Notes: a model not told the origin generated them from the letters alone. A DNA stretch of 64,000 nt from an uncultured Verrucomicrobiae bacterium (GCA_963707025.1 CAVPOM010000004.1:576001-640000); one strand, 5' to 3'. Counted from the stretch's first letter, positions 22,037 to 32,690 are shown. Made by a program: numbers and translations.

Positions 22037-23334
22037 ACTGCGGGGTCTTCGGCTTCCTCTTCTTCAGTATCCGTTCCAGTACATTTCTCGGCAACCAGCT
22101 TTTGAAGCACTTTGTTGTCCGGGAAAAGCTCTACAGCCAGCGCGTCAGGCTCAACCGATTCGAGTAACTTGGCTTTGATCTTCAGCGTTTTCTTCCCTTT
22201 GGCGGTGGAGAACGAGAGCAGCTTTTCCTTCTTCCGGGCATCTGAAATAAGCGGTGCAGGTGCATCACTCTGAAGTTCAATGGTGACATCCTTGGGAGCC
22301 AACTTGAACTCCGACTCAACAGGCTTATCCGCGAAGAGTTTCTTATCCGCGCACTGCTTTATCAAAACCTTACACTCGGCTTCTAATTCCCCGAGCGTGG
22401 GAATTATGAAACCGGCTTTTGGGCGTGTCACGCGAAGGCCATCTACACCTTCCACCGGAGTTACAACTTCCAAGTCACAAGCCGCACGCAGGCGAAGGTC
22501 AAGGTCGAGAAAGCGCCGGATTTTCAAAAGAGAGATGGCGACCATTAACTTGTAACCTTCCTCGGGGAGCCCATAGCCACGTAGCAGAGCGAGATCGAGG
22601 TTGAAGAACGCGGTAATTTTCTCCGCTACGAACTCCGTTTTCGGATACGGCACATTACCAAAGCCTCCTTTGGCATCGAGCCCCGCCTTTTTTGGCGATG
22701 GCAACACATGATCCACCTTCACGCCGCCGCTCTCGGCCCGCCTCACGTTTGCCGCTTCGATAAAACCGGACAGTGCCCGAGTGACCCTCATGCGTCCGTC
22801 GAGCTTCTCAAGAAACACCCCGTGAATGAGGCTGCACGGATCAAACCAGAAAATGGCATCCGTCATTTTCTTACGATTGAGAACTCCGGGCACACTACTC
22901 GAACCTTCCTCGCCCGAGTCTTTGTCGCCTTTCTTTACGCTCGGAACCTTGAGTCCCAACTTGTCGCAGAAGGCTCTTCGAAAGGCTGATCCTTTCTCGT
23001 TGTCGTCGCCCTTCCAAAGATAGGGCGAATTGAGGCGATGAAACTCTTGGAGTGTCGTCGTGGTGCCAAAACGTCCGCAATCGATCTTTACGTAGGGCAA
23101 TCCTTGAAGCGCTTGGATGATGTCGCCTTTCCCTGCGTCCCAACAGGCTTTTTCCAAGTAGTTCGCCACGGACTGTGCCGATTCCAGCAAAAGGTGCTGG
23201 GAGTCATCCGGTAATTTGTAAACGGCTGGTCCAAGGTCGGCGAATCCAGTGGGCTGGAATCGCTCTCCTTGCAACGGTTTCAGTGTAGCCTCCAATAAGA
23301 GGCGAGGTTGGTTTACGAGTGCGGTGTAGTTCAT
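22033..23334 (-). CDS. csb1: Type I-G Cas7 (Csb1)
   Basis: RFQPTGFADLG, LLLESAQSVAN, HRLNSPY, DPCSLIHGVF, GFGNVPY, LRLRAACDL. Confidence 0.92.
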   Translation of the reverse strand: MNYTALVNQPRLLLEATLKPLQGERFQPTGFADLGPAVYKLPDDSQHLLLESAQSVANYLEKACWDAGKGDIIQALQGLPYVKIDCGRFGTTTTLQEFHRLNSPYLWKGDDNEKGSAFRRAFCDKLGLKVPSVKKGDKDSGEEGSSSVPGVLNRKKMTDAIFWFDPCSLIHGVFLEKLDGRMRVTRALSGFIEAANVRRAESGGVKVDHVLPSPKKAGLDAKGGFGNVPYPKTEFVAEKITAFFNLDLALLRGYGLPEEGYKLMVAISLLKIRRFLDLDLRLRAACDLEVVTPVEGVDGLRVTRPKAGFIIPTLGELEAECKVLIKQCADKKLFADKPVESEFKLAPKDVTIELQSDAPAPLISDARKKEKLLSFSTAKGKKTLKIKAKLLESVEPDALAVELFPDNKVLQKLVAEKCTGTDTEEEEAEDPAV

Positions 23335-23382
23335 GAATTTGGATGTTTCAGTTTTGTGTTTTAGATTCGATGAGAATAGAAA

Positions 23383-25611
23383 TCAGGCGGCTTCCGGCTT
23401 TTCTGGCCGGAGAATCCGGGTTTTGAGAGAATCGACCGCGAGCGGATGAATTGGAATCAGCAGGGCGGCGGCGAGGCGGTTGGCGGTGAGGCCGGGCCAG
23501 CGGGTTTCGGCCCATTCGCCATCACGACCGGGGTGGCCATGCATGGCTTGCAGTTGTACGAGGTGTCGCCTGCCGCGAAGAACCTGCGCGGCCCGCTGGC
23601 ACGCCTCGGCAAGCAGATCGGCACGGAGCAGAGCGAGGACGCGGGCATCGGGAGCGTCAGGGGTTTTGGCGTCGTCTGCAGAGGAATCGCGGTCAGGTGG
23701 AACGAATAGCAGCTTCAAGAGAGCGTAGCTACTTGGGAGCGGCTGGGAGTCGGATGTTTCCTGACGGACAGAGCGATAGTTGCGCGAATCACAAAGACAA
23801 AGGCCCCAGAGGAGGTCAGCGATGAGACTTTCATCCAGCGCGTCTGCGAGGAAGCGGCACACGGCATTGAGCGGCGCATGGTGACTAGCTTTCAAGGCAT
23901 GGGCGTTGCCGCCTGCGCGATCGGCATCCATCGCGCGACGAGTGAGAATGGCGGCAAGATTTCCGGGCAAATCGCCGATTGTCCAAACGACGGCGCGATC
24001 CTTCTCCGCCCATGCCATAAATCGTCCCTTTGTCTCGACTGGTTCCAAGTTGCGCCGGATGGAACCCACTTTCACGTCTGGTTCAAAGATGGATGCGAGG
24101 GCGAGAGCAATGCGGAATTCGTCGCTATGGTCATCCGCAGCTACGATCCATGCGCTGGAGAGCGGAGTGATGGGGTGGAGTCCTTTCGCTTCGTCACGGA
24201 AACGCGGAGCAGATGCAATGAGTGCCTCCGCCCGTCCGAGAGAAATGAGAATACGCTGAAACATCCCGGTGCCACCATGCTGGCAATAGTCGAAGATGGC
24301 GCGTTCGATCTGGCGAAGTGCGGAGCGGAAGCGGGCCGAACCGCGCTTTTCATCATCCTCTTTGTTTTTCTTCGTGGCCGCTGATCTGAAACGGCTTAGC
24401 CATTCTTCCACTTCCTTCAACCAATCACCTTCCGTGCGAGGGTGAACCGCAACCTCGCCCAACGAAACCCCCATAAAGCTCTGACCGTTTCGCATGAGGA
24501 AAGCAAATCTGCTGAAAGATGAAATCCCTCGATCCACGCCATGCGCGACGACTGCCCTAGCAAAGTCCAGCCCTGTTCTGCCCGAGCGACGGTTCACTGA
24601 CACGCGCCCTTCAGAAAGCAGATTCATTAGTTCCCGCAAACCGGTTGGCTTGTCCCAGAGAGGACACCACATCTCAGCGATCTCACGTTTTGCCTTTTTT
24701 GGTTTACTGTCCTCCCATGCGGCAAGACTACCGGTTCCAACAGATGAAACCTTTGCCGTGAATGGAAACGCAGCGACACCAGAGCTGGAGGAGCCATGCT
24801 GGCGGTGGGCGCTAGAAGCCCATAGCAGCGTGCCCTCAAGAGCCAAAACGTAATCCCATGGATTTGTCCTCGAATCCCCTTCAAAGCCTTGCGTGGTATT
24901 CGGTCCTCCCGCTGCCGATGTCGAAAAATGGCCGGGGGTTTGCGATGAAGAAACACCGCGCACAATTTTGTCGAACAGCGCAGCCTCGATAGCCTCGTCA
25001 TGCTCGCGATCTATAACGCAAGATACGAGCTGCTGAACGAACCCAGACACATAGCTGCCGCTTCCTTCATTTCCCCCGGTTCCAAGCAAAGGAGGGAACT
25101 TCCGGTCTTCGCCTACCAAAACGAAACACGTATCGAGCCAACTAAGGGTGATTTCAGATGCAGAACTGCGGCAGGCCGCGAGCAGATCGAGTTTTTTTTC
25201 ATCACTCGCCTTTTCTGTGATGCCCTGACGGCGCAGCAAAATCTTGAAATCTGCCATCACCTGTCGAAAATCCTTAAACCGCATTCCAAGATTTCCTCCT
25301 CGTGCGAGCCGACTCACCTTTTGGAGGGCTCCACGAGCTGCTTGTTCAGGTGTGCCCTTGAAAAATCCTGAACGTGCCGCCCACGGCCCCATAATTGGAG
25401 AGGGGGCGTACTCGTTAAGGAAAAAGGCGGCAAGGCCCGGCGCATCAAGAGCGGATGTGAGAGTGAAAATACCGGAGTTCCACATTCCTGTAGCACTGGG
25501 GTCTCTTTGTTGCGCGACGATCCTCAATATCCCCAGCGCCTTGAGGTAATTCATCAGCGGTTCCGGCGTGCAGCCGGAGAGTGGGATGGCGTGGCTGGTG
25601 ATGGCGCTCAT
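23383..25611 (-). CDS. csx17: Type I-G large subunit Cas8g (Csx17)
   Basis: GCTPEPLMNYLKALGILR, FPPLLGTGGNEG, NPWDYVLALEG, EMWCPLW, RNGQSF; lies between cas3 and csb1. Confidence 0.9.
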   Translation of the reverse strand: MSAITSHAIPLSGCTPEPLMNYLKALGILRIVAQQRDPSATGMWNSGIFTLTSALDAPGLAAFFLNEYAPSPIMGPWAARSGFFKGTPEQAARGALQKVSRLARGGNLGMRFKDFRQVMADFKILLRRQGITEKASDEKKLDLLAACRSSASEITLSWLDTCFVLVGEDRKFPPLLGTGGNEGSGSYVSGFVQQLVSCVIDREHDEAIEAALFDKIVRGVSSSQTPGHFSTSAAGGPNTTQGFEGDSRTNPWDYVLALEGTLLWASSAHRQHGSSSSGVAAFPFTAKVSSVGTGSLAAWEDSKPKKAKREIAEMWCPLWDKPTGLRELMNLLSEGRVSVNRRSGRTGLDFARAVVAHGVDRGISSFSRFAFLMRNGQSFMGVSLGEVAVHPRTEGDWLKEVEEWLSRFRSAATKKNKEDDEKRGSARFRSALRQIERAIFDYCQHGGTGMFQRILISLGRAEALIASAPRFRDEAKGLHPITPLSSAWIVAADDHSDEFRIALALASIFEPDVKVGSIRRNLEPVETKGRFMAWAEKDRAVVWTIGDLPGNLAAILTRRAMDADRAGGNAHALKASHHAPLNAVCRFLADALDESLIADLLWGLCLCDSRNYRSVRQETSDSQPLPSSYALLKLLFVPPDRDSSADDAKTPDAPDARVLALLRADLLAEACQRAAQVLRGRRHLVQLQAMHGHPGRDGEWAETRWPGLTANRLAAALLIPIHPLAVDSLKTRILRPEKPEAA

Positions 25612-28223
25612 TTGATGATTGCGGTGTGGTTTTTAGCCGAGGCGCGTTCATCGGCGGCGCGGAGGAAAGTTTCCCAGTAGGCGAGGCGCAATGGGCCAAA
25701 TTCGGCGGCGTCCCGGAGGGCGAGCATTCGTTCGGCCCAACTCGGGTAGTTCTCGAATGGCTTTTGCGTGCAGAGGCCAAGTTCCATCGGCTCCAGCGAA
25801 AGCGTCAAGGATGGCGATATGATGCTATCGCCGAGAGAAACTTCCGCGAGTAAATCGCCATCCCACACGCCACGCGCAAATCTCTTCTCTCCCGGCGGCA
25901 CGTCTTCATCTGGCATGGAGCGAATGGAAAGACGGACTTTCCCGTGATGCGCGGCGATGAGCCAGACGACGAGGTCTCGGAGTTCTTCGGGGATGTTGCC
26001 TACGCCCGGCTGGAGGACTGCGAGGGCTGAAGCAAGTTCGTGGCGGAAATGCCTGCGCCGCTTGAGCGTTTCGCCTTCGGCGTCTTTTTCACGGTGATGC
26101 TTCCATGCCCCATCCGGCGCTTTCGCAATAGGTGTGTGGGCTTTGCCATCGGCACTGAGGCGGCGGTCGAGTTTGATCTTCGACTGAAAGGCTTCGTGCG
26201 CTTTACCGAGGTCATGCCAGCGGGCAGCGATGGGCAGAGCGGCGCAGACTACTCCGGTTTCCTCCAGGATGGCGTGCAGTTCTCCGCACACATCATCGGT
26301 GTGTTGGGCAATGGACTGCCAGTTGCCGGCGGACGCGGGGTCTTGATCGTTTCCATCGTCAGTGCCTGATGCAGCAGTCGGAACCGGTGCAACGCTTGAT
26401 GCAATGGAGGTGTCGAATCCCGTTTCCGGCGAGTAGCCCCCAGCTTCCGATGCGAGGAGATAAATCTGACCGGGGACGATGCTGAATTCGCCTATGTCCT
26501 TTTGCACTTTCGCCCATTCACTCTCCAAGTAGTCCCAACGCCACGGGGTCAGCTTCTTCTTTTTTAGCCACTCTTTCATTGCGCCAATTGGAGCGGGGCA
26601 GAGTTCCCGGCGATGCGCTTGGGGAAAATCTGTGACTGGAGGGCGCGCGCCTTTGGCTCCGACCCAAGTTCGCCAAAAAAGCTGCACGCTGCGGTCTTCG
26701 ATTTCCCGAACCCAGCGATCAATATCTATGTCCTGTCCGGCAAGATCAGGCGTCGCATCGAAAAGGTCAATGAAGTCCCGCCGACGAATGACATGGCGGG
26801 CGGGCGGGCGATCTACCGATGGAATCGCCACGGCGCTGAGCGATGCTGGGCTGGCGTCGGCACCTGAAGCGCAAAGCTTGTCAATTTCCGCATTTGCCGC
26901 AACGAGTTGTTCATCGGTGTAAGGCAGCGGTTTTTCCGGTGTGATGAGAAAGATGCGGGCGTCAGGCTCAGTGCCGCGACGATTGCATCGGCCAAATCGC
27001 TGAACGAGCGAAGACCAAGGAGCGATCTCCGTGAACAAGGTTGCGGCGGAAATATCCACTCCCGCCTCAACGATCTGTGTGCTGATGACGAGGCGGCGCT
27101 TCCCCTCCGCGTCCGTAACTTTCTTCAACTGCTTCGCACGATCCTCTGGGCGGAACTGCGAGTGAAGGAGGATAGGGCGTTCATTCTCTGGCGCGTCCTT
27201 TCGGTGCTTGTTGATTTCAGCGTAGAGGCTACGCGCTTGTCTCACCGTATTGACGACGATAAGCGTGAGGCCATCGCGCTCTTTGATCGTATCGAGAATC
27301 TCGGAGGCAAGTGCTTTGGTATCTTTGCTGGACTTAACGCATCGGGCTACGGTCTTTTGGGCCAAACGAATCTTCTTAACGGACGCCGCATTGATGTCGA
27401 GGTCTTCCAGTTTGATCGCTTCAGGTAGAGTAGCCGGATCGAAATCAACCGTCCGGAGCCAGTCAAGTTCGCTCGTTGCGCTCATCCACCACGAATGGGT
27501 CGGGCTGCCAATTCCAAGGCGAGCGCGGAAAGCTGTGAGTTGTGCTGTCGTCAGAAGTCCCGGACCCATGAGTTGGACCTCGTCGAAGACCCAAAGTGCG
27601 TCGTTATTCAGCAGTCCAAAGTGCATCGGCCAACGGGCGCGGACCATACCGTAGCCACGATTCAGCGCCCGGCTCAAGAGCATGTCTTGGGTGCCGATGA
27701 GAATGGTGGGACGCTCGGGATGGATGTCCCAATCGCCAGCGTCTTCGCCGCCCATGAGGATCACCGGAGAATGTTCGAAAAGCCAAACAAGCTCTTCTTG
27801 AAAAGGGGCGAGTTCTTCAGCGAATGCGCCGGCGGCGCGAATATCTGCGATTTTCGACTGCATCCTGGCTGGTAAGTGGACCAAGGCCTTTCGGACCCGA
27901 AACCATGCGTTGCTGTTTTCGGGTGCGCCAAGGAGTGCAAGCCGACCGAGCCATACAGCTACTTCATTACGCGTCTGCTCGACCAGTGTCCGCATTGGCA
28001 GGCAATAGACGAGACGGCGTGGCCACTTTCGATTTGAAAATTGAACACGATTCCACAGCCAAGCCAGAACGACAGCGGCAGTTTTACCAAGGCCGGTTGG
28101 GACATTGATAAGCTGAGATTGGCAGGCTGTGCCAGAGTCGCCACCAGCAAGCCGTCGTTGGTAGTCGAACGGTTCATGGCCCGTCGCGCCACTGAAAAAC
28201 CGGTCGAATTTCGGCGAGTTCAC
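25608..28223 (-). CDS. cas3: Type I-G Cas3 (SF2 helicase with C-terminal HD nuclease)
   Basis: PTGLGKT, FDEVQ, MSAT, QRFGRCNR; C-terminal WHDLGK, RHELAS, AAHHG, RAADERAS. Confidence 0.95.
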   Translation of the reverse strand: MNSPKFDRFFSGATGHEPFDYQRRLAGGDSGTACQSQLINVPTGLGKTAAVVLAWLWNRVQFSNRKWPRRLVYCLPMRTLVEQTRNEVAVWLGRLALLGAPENSNAWFRVRKALVHLPARMQSKIADIRAAGAFAEELAPFQEELVWLFEHSPVILMGGEDAGDWDIHPERPTILIGTQDMLLSRALNRGYGMVRARWPMHFGLLNNDALWVFDEVQLMGPGLLTTAQLTAFRARLGIGSPTHSWWMSATSELDWLRTVDFDPATLPEAIKLEDLDINAASVKKIRLAQKTVARCVKSSKDTKALASEILDTIKERDGLTLIVVNTVRQARSLYAEINKHRKDAPENERPILLHSQFRPEDRAKQLKKVTDAEGKRRLVISTQIVEAGVDISAATLFTEIAPWSSLVQRFGRCNRRGTEPDARIFLITPEKPLPYTDEQLVAANAEIDKLCASGADASPASLSAVAIPSVDRPPARHVIRRRDFIDLFDATPDLAGQDIDIDRWVREIEDRSVQLFWRTWVGAKGARPPVTDFPQAHRRELCPAPIGAMKEWLKKKKLTPWRWDYLESEWAKVQKDIGEFSIVPGQIYLLASEAGGYSPETGFDTSIASSVAPVPTAASGTDDGNDQDPASAGNWQSIAQHTDDVCGELHAILEETGVVCAALPIAARWHDLGKAHEAFQSKIKLDRRLSADGKAHTPIAKAPDGAWKHHREKDAEGETLKRRRHFRHELASALAVLQPGVGNIPEELRDLVVWLIAAHHGKVRLSIRSMPDEDVPPGEKRFARGVWDGDLLAEVSLGDSIISPSLTLSLEPMELGLCTQKPFENYPSWAERMLALRDAAEFGPLRLAYWETFLRAADERASAKNHTAIIK

Positions 28224-28597
28224 AATTCGCCGCCTTCCATTATTTCATCCTCAAGATGTCCGATCCTGAATTGCATGAGATCACCTTATATCGCGCCAAA
28301 GAGGAACCCGTCCCTTCGTCGTTTCTCGGCGTGGTTTTATTCTTCTATCAGAATAACTTGCAGACTGCGAGCACGAAAATTGTGCTCACCGTCATTATGA
28401 TTTGCCGCCCAGTTCATGGATCGTCCCGGCGCTTTTGTTGGGGTGTTGGCTTGCGGGGGACCTGATCAGAAGCCATCTTTGAACTTAATCAGCGCAATCC
28501 GCGCTTTGGCTGTCCCGGATTTTCCAGCCCGTACGGGTACATCCTTCCAGAGGCGGCGCTTGCCGTACTTGACCATAAGTTTCAGAATCAGTGCTCG

Positions 28598-30784
28598 GTG
28601 CAAAACGCATCCACATCACTGCCGGAGAGCCTCTCGGGGCTGATTGAGCGCGTCACGTTTTTCGACGAGGATGGCGGATTCGGCGTACTCAAGGTCAAAG
28701 CCCAGGGCCGCCGCGACTTGGTGACCGTGGTTGGCTCCCTGCCGTCCGTGAGTGCCGGGGAATGGCTTACGGCCCAGGGCCGCTGGGTTCAGGACCGGGA
28801 ATACGGGCAGCAGTTCAGAGCCGAGATGCTGACCAGCACACCGCCGACCAGCAAGGAAGGCATTGAGAAATACCTGGGCAGCGGCATGGTTAAGGGCATC
28901 GGCCCTGTTTACGCCAAGAAGCTGGTGGACAAATTTGGCGAGGGAGTTTTTGACATTATCGAGAAGGCGTCTGCCCGCCTGGAGGATGTGGACGGCATCG
29001 GCCCAAAGCGCCGGAAACGAATCAAGGAGGCGTGGGACGAGCAGAAGGTCATCCGGGACATTATGCTTTTCCTCCACTCCAACGGCGTCAGTACCAGCCG
29101 GGCCGTACGCATTTACAAGACTTATGGCGAGGGCGCCATTGAGAAGGTCCGCAACGACCCGTACCGACTGGCCAGGGACATTCACGGCATTGGTTTCAAG
29201 ACCGCCGACCAAATTGCCAGGAAGATCGGCATCCCGGTGGATTCGCTGGTCCGCGCCTGCGCCGGATTAAACCACGTTCTGTTGGAGGCCACCGGTGACG
29301 GCCACTGTGCCCTGCCGGTGGAACTGCTCAAGGACGAGGCCGGAAAGCTTCTGTTGGTGGAGGAGAAGATTGTGACGGACGCTTTGGAGCGCACGGTGGC
29401 CAGCAACGATTTGGCCAAGGAAACGATCAACGGACAGGAGTTGGTTTTCCTGCCGCATCTGAAGCGGGCGGAGGAAATTATCGCGGGCCGGATCAGGAAC
29501 CTTGCCGGCTCGCCGTCAGCGTTCCCAACAATTGACTTCGAGAAGGCAGTCGTTTGGTGTCAGCAGAAGACCGGCAAGGAGCTTGCGCCCAGCCAGCGCG
29601 AGGCGCTCAAGCTGGCCCTGTCGAGTCGCGCATTGGTCATCACGGGCGGCCCTGGCGTGGGTAAAACAACGCTCGTCAGCGCCATCCTGCTGATCCTGCG
29701 GGCAAAGAAAGTGCGGTGTCTGCTCTGTGCGCCCACGGGCCGGGCGGCCAAACGCCTGTCCGAGGCGACTGGTGTCGAGGCCAAGACAATCCACCGACTC
29801 CTCGAAGCTCAGTCCGGCACGAGCCGCTTTGGGCGAAATGAGGCCAACCCTCTTGACTGCGGATTGTTGGCAGTGGACGAAATGTCGATGGTAGATGTGG
29901 CACTCATGGCAAACCTGCTGCGCGCTCTGCCGCCAAAGGCCAGCCTGCTGCTGGTGGGCGACATCGACCAGTTGCCTTCCGTGGGGCCGGGCATGGTGTT
30001 GCGGCATTTGATCGAAAGCAAAGTCGTGCCGGTCGTGCGACTGACGGAGGTCTTCCGTCAGGCGGCAAATAGCCGGATCATTACCAACGCCCACCGAATT
30101 AATGAAGGCCGCATGCCGGAGGTTTCAGGCAATGACACCAATTCTGATTTCTATTTCATCGACCGATCAGAGCCAGGGCAGATTGCGGACACGCTGGTCG
30201 AGATAGTCAAGACGCGCATCCCTGCCAAATTCCGGCTTGACGCTATTCGGGACATTCAGGTGCTCTGCCCGATGAACCGGGGATCACTGGGCGTCCGCGA
30301 ATTGAACGTCCGTCTCCAGAATGAACTGAACCCGGCCCGCGCCGATGAGCCGGTCGTGGAGAAATTTGGCTGGCAGTTCCGTCCCCGGGACAAGGTAATC
30401 CAAACCGAGAACGATTATGACAAAGACGTGTTCAACGGCGACATCGGGCAGGTCGTGAAGATCGACCCAGTTGAACGGGAGGTCACAATCCGGTTCGACC
30501 AGCGGGAGGTGGTTTACGATTTCGGGGAACTTGATGAAGTCTCGCTGGCGTATGCGATTACAATCCACAAGTCGCAAGGATCGGAGTTCCCGGCCGTGGT
30601 CATCCCGTTGGCAACGCAGCAGTACCTTCTTTTGCAGCGCAACCTCGTTTACACGGGTATTACCCGCGGCAAAAAGCTGGTCGTGCTCATCGGTCAGCGG
30701 AAGGCGCTGGGGATGGCGGTGAAAAACAACCGGACGGAGAATCGGTTCTCTGGACTGCTGGCGCGCCTACTTACACCGGGCTAA
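28598..30784 (+). CDS. recD2: RecD2-like ATP-dependent DNA helicase (RecD/TraA family)
   Basis: HhH repeats (KGIGPVYA, HGIGFKTAD), TGGPGVGKTT, APTGRAAKRL, YAITIHKSQGSEF, YTGITR. Confidence 0.93.
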   Translation: MQNASTSLPESLSGLIERVTFFDEDGGFGVLKVKAQGRRDLVTVVGSLPSVSAGEWLTAQGRWVQDREYGQQFRAEMLTSTPPTSKEGIEKYLGSGMVKGIGPVYAKKLVDKFGEGVFDIIEKASARLEDVDGIGPKRRKRIKEAWDEQKVIRDIMLFLHSNGVSTSRAVRIYKTYGEGAIEKVRNDPYRLARDIHGIGFKTADQIARKIGIPVDSLVRACAGLNHVLLEATGDGHCALPVELLKDEAGKLLLVEEKIVTDALERTVASNDLAKETINGQELVFLPHLKRAEEIIAGRIRNLAGSPSAFPTIDFEKAVVWCQQKTGKELAPSQREALKLALSSRALVITGGPGVGKTTLVSAILLILRAKKVRCLLCAPTGRAAKRLSEATGVEAKTIHRLLEAQSGTSRFGRNEANPLDCGLLAVDEMSMVDVALMANLLRALPPKASLLLVGDIDQLPSVGPGMVLRHLIESKVVPVVRLTEVFRQAANSRIITNAHRINEGRMPEVSGNDTNSDFYFIDRSEPGQIADTLVEIVKTRIPAKFRLDAIRDIQVLCPMNRGSLGVRELNVRLQNELNPARADEPVVEKFGWQFRPRDKVIQTENDYDKDVFNGDIGQVVKIDPVEREVTIRFDQREVVYDFGELDEVSLAYAITIHKSQGSEFPAVVIPLATQQYLLLQRNLVYTGITRGKKLVVLIGQRKALGMAVKNNRTENRFSGLLARLLTPG

Positions 30785-31146
30785 TGCCCGCCAGTGACCG
30801 TGTAACCGGCACGGCGCAAATCCTCCGCCAAATCCTTTTCCATCTGGGTGGCAGCCTCATACGGCATCGGGTTTAGGTGCTCATACAATTCCGGCATAAG
30901 GCGGAGGCCGTAGCGTTTGACCACCGCGGCTGCTTTGGTTCCCGCCTTATGGTTGGCGAAACGTTCCTCCGGGGTCAGCCCTGTCATCCCAACGTAGATG
31001 CAGGGTTTCTTGGGATTGCGCTTCGGGTTTTCGGCACGAACCTTTCGGATTTTGCCGACCGCCGGCTCAAGCAGCACGACGTAAACATTATGATGGTGCT
31101 CCGGCAGTTGGTCGGCGCGGAGTCGCTTGAGCGTTCGACGCTTCAT
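30781..31146 (-). CDS. Small GIY-YIG-like protein
   Basis: NVYVVLL...CIYVGMTG...EERFANHK; ATG at 31146 overlaps the upstream stop. Confidence 0.65.
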   Translation of the reverse strand: MKRRTLKRLRADQLPEHHHNVYVVLLEPAVGKIRKVRAENPKRNPKKPCIYVGMTGLTPEERFANHKAGTKAAAVVKRYGLRLMPELYEHLNPMPYEAATQMEKDLAEDLRRAGYTVTGGH

Positions 31147-31412
31147 TCGGCATGCATCGTGATATTTGATTCGTCGTCGCCCAACCTCACCAGCACCGAG
31201 TTGAACACCAGTCCGCATTCACAGAGCCATTGGTCCTCGGTGAAACTCCCAAGTCGGATGTCATCTGGGTCCGTGCTGCATCCATCGCATGGAGCCAGTT
31301 TCACCATTTCGCAGCCTGCGACAACGAAGATGTCTCCCACACCCTCATGCCGGAACCGCCGTTCTGGCGTCCGGTCTAAAGTGTACCGTCTTTCGTGTTC
31401 GGCGCGAAGCAT
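31143..31412 (-). CDS. Small hypothetical protein (Cys pairs; possible Zn binding)
   Basis: CDGC and CEC motifs; ATGA coupling to the downstream gene; start uncertain. Confidence 0.4.
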   Translation of the reverse strand: MLRAEHERRYTLDRTPERRFRHEGVGDIFVVAGCEMVKLAPCDGCSTDPDDIRLGSFTEDQWLCECGLVFNSVLVRLGDDESNITMHAE

Positions 31413-31441
31413 CGGCGTTACATCTGCCTACATTCCAAACT

Positions 31442-31897
31442 TTACAGTCTGGTTTTCCCGGCCGCTCTGACCTTGGCCCATCTGGCGCGGGCCGCCGCTG
31501 CGAGTTTGGCCCTCACCGCCGGACTGCTGCGGCGATCCTTCTTTTTGGCAACCTTGGGTGTTGCCGTCGTGCCTTTCACCCTGGCCCATCTGGCCTTCGT
31601 GGCAGCAATAATGGCCGCCCTTCCAGCCGCACTCAATCGCCTCTTGCCCTTCTTGGCCAGCTTGGAATCCGCCTTCCCTTTAATCTTGGCCCAGCGGGCT
31701 TTCTGAGCCGCCGCCATTCTTGCCCTGACGACAGCGGACCGGCGATGCTTCCTTGGGATATCCCCGGGGAAATGGGATGGAACTTCACTGCCATCACCAG
31801 CGATCGATTCGATCTCGCCTTGGAGCGTCTCGATTTGTTCTTTAATCGCAATAATGCGGTTAAGTTGACTTGTCGTTAAATCATGGAGATTTGTCAT
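31442..31897 (-). CDS. Basic repeat protein, possibly nucleoid-associated or histone-like
   Basis: N-terminal coiled coil followed by three repeats of R-x-S-x-A-x-R-A-x-x-x-A-A-x-(K/R)-A-R-W-A-(K/R). Confidence 0.75.
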   Translation of the reverse strand: MTNLHDLTTSQLNRIIAIKEQIETLQGEIESIAGDGSEVPSHFPGDIPRKHRRSAVVRARMAAAQKARWAKIKGKADSKLAKKGKRRLSAAGRAAIIAATKARWARVKGTTATPKVAKKKDRRSSPAVRAKLAAAARARWAKVRAAGKTRL

Positions 31898-31943
31898 CGG
31901 AGAGTGGTAACGCAAGTGTGGCTGTAGAATCAACCACGGAGAA

Positions 31944-32690
31944 CTACAGTTCGATCACCATCCCCGGATCAAAGCCCTTGCACGGTTCGTTGGGGTAACC
32001 ACGTTGATTTGTCACGACACGGGTTAAACCGACTCGATGGTCAACGTTGTAGTGAGTGTGGCCGTGGATCCACAGGGGAATTCCACTCTCCCCAATGAGC
32101 GCGTTGAGATCGGATGCGAACGCCGGACTCAACGGACTCGTCGAATGATACGGCGCCTCAGATTGAGGACTTGGCGCATGGTGGGTGACCACAACTGTTC
32201 GAGCGGGATCATGCCGCGCCAGTTCGTCTTTCAGCCACGCGACGGACTCTTGATGAATTCTTACGGTGTCACGCGCGCGAAGAACGCGGTTTTCCGGGCT
32301 GAATCGAATGATTCGATAGTCATTCATCATGTCTTCCGCCATCTGCATGGAGGATTCCGGCTTGCATCTCAGCGCAAAATCTGTCCAGAGGGTGCAGCCA
32401 AGAAACGTGAAGCCTCCAAACTCAATGGCCTTATTTTCGAGCAGTTGGATGTGACTGCCCCTGGTTTCATCTTCCAACCGCTCCGTCAATTCCGGAAGTG
32501 CGTGCCGGTAAAATTCGTGATTCCCAAGCACATAAATCATGGGCTTGTCACCAAAATGGCTTTTGGCCCATTCCAATCCCTTGCTCCCGAGGTGGATGTC
32601 CCCCGCAAGCACCACAACGTCCGCCTCGGTCGTTGGAACGACCGCCGGGCCAAATTCTAAATGAAGATCAGCAAGAATGTGCAAGCGCAT
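31944..32690 (-). CDS. Calcineurin-like metallophosphoesterase
   Basis: DLHLE, LAGDI, GNHE, VTHHAP, HGHTH, NQRGY. Confidence 0.92.
   Translation of the reverse strand: MRLHILADLHLEFGPAVVPTTEADVVVLAGDIHLGSKGLEWAKSHFGDKPMIYVLGNHEFYRHALPELTERLEDETRGSHIQLLENKAIEFGGFTFLGCTLWTDFALRCKPESSMQMAEDMMNDYRIIRFSPENRVLRARDTVRIHQESVAWLKDELARHDPARTVVVTHHAPSPQSEAPYHSTSPLSPAFASDLNALIGESGIPLWIHGHTHYNVDHRVGLTRVVTNQRGYPNEPCKGFDPGMVIEL

Noticed and set aside
28598..30784. RecD2 as a CRISPR ancillary helicase, or a CRISPR-associated transposon
   Set aside because: It is divergently transcribed and common on islands; Cas3 is intact and no TnsB/TnsC/TniQ genes were seen.
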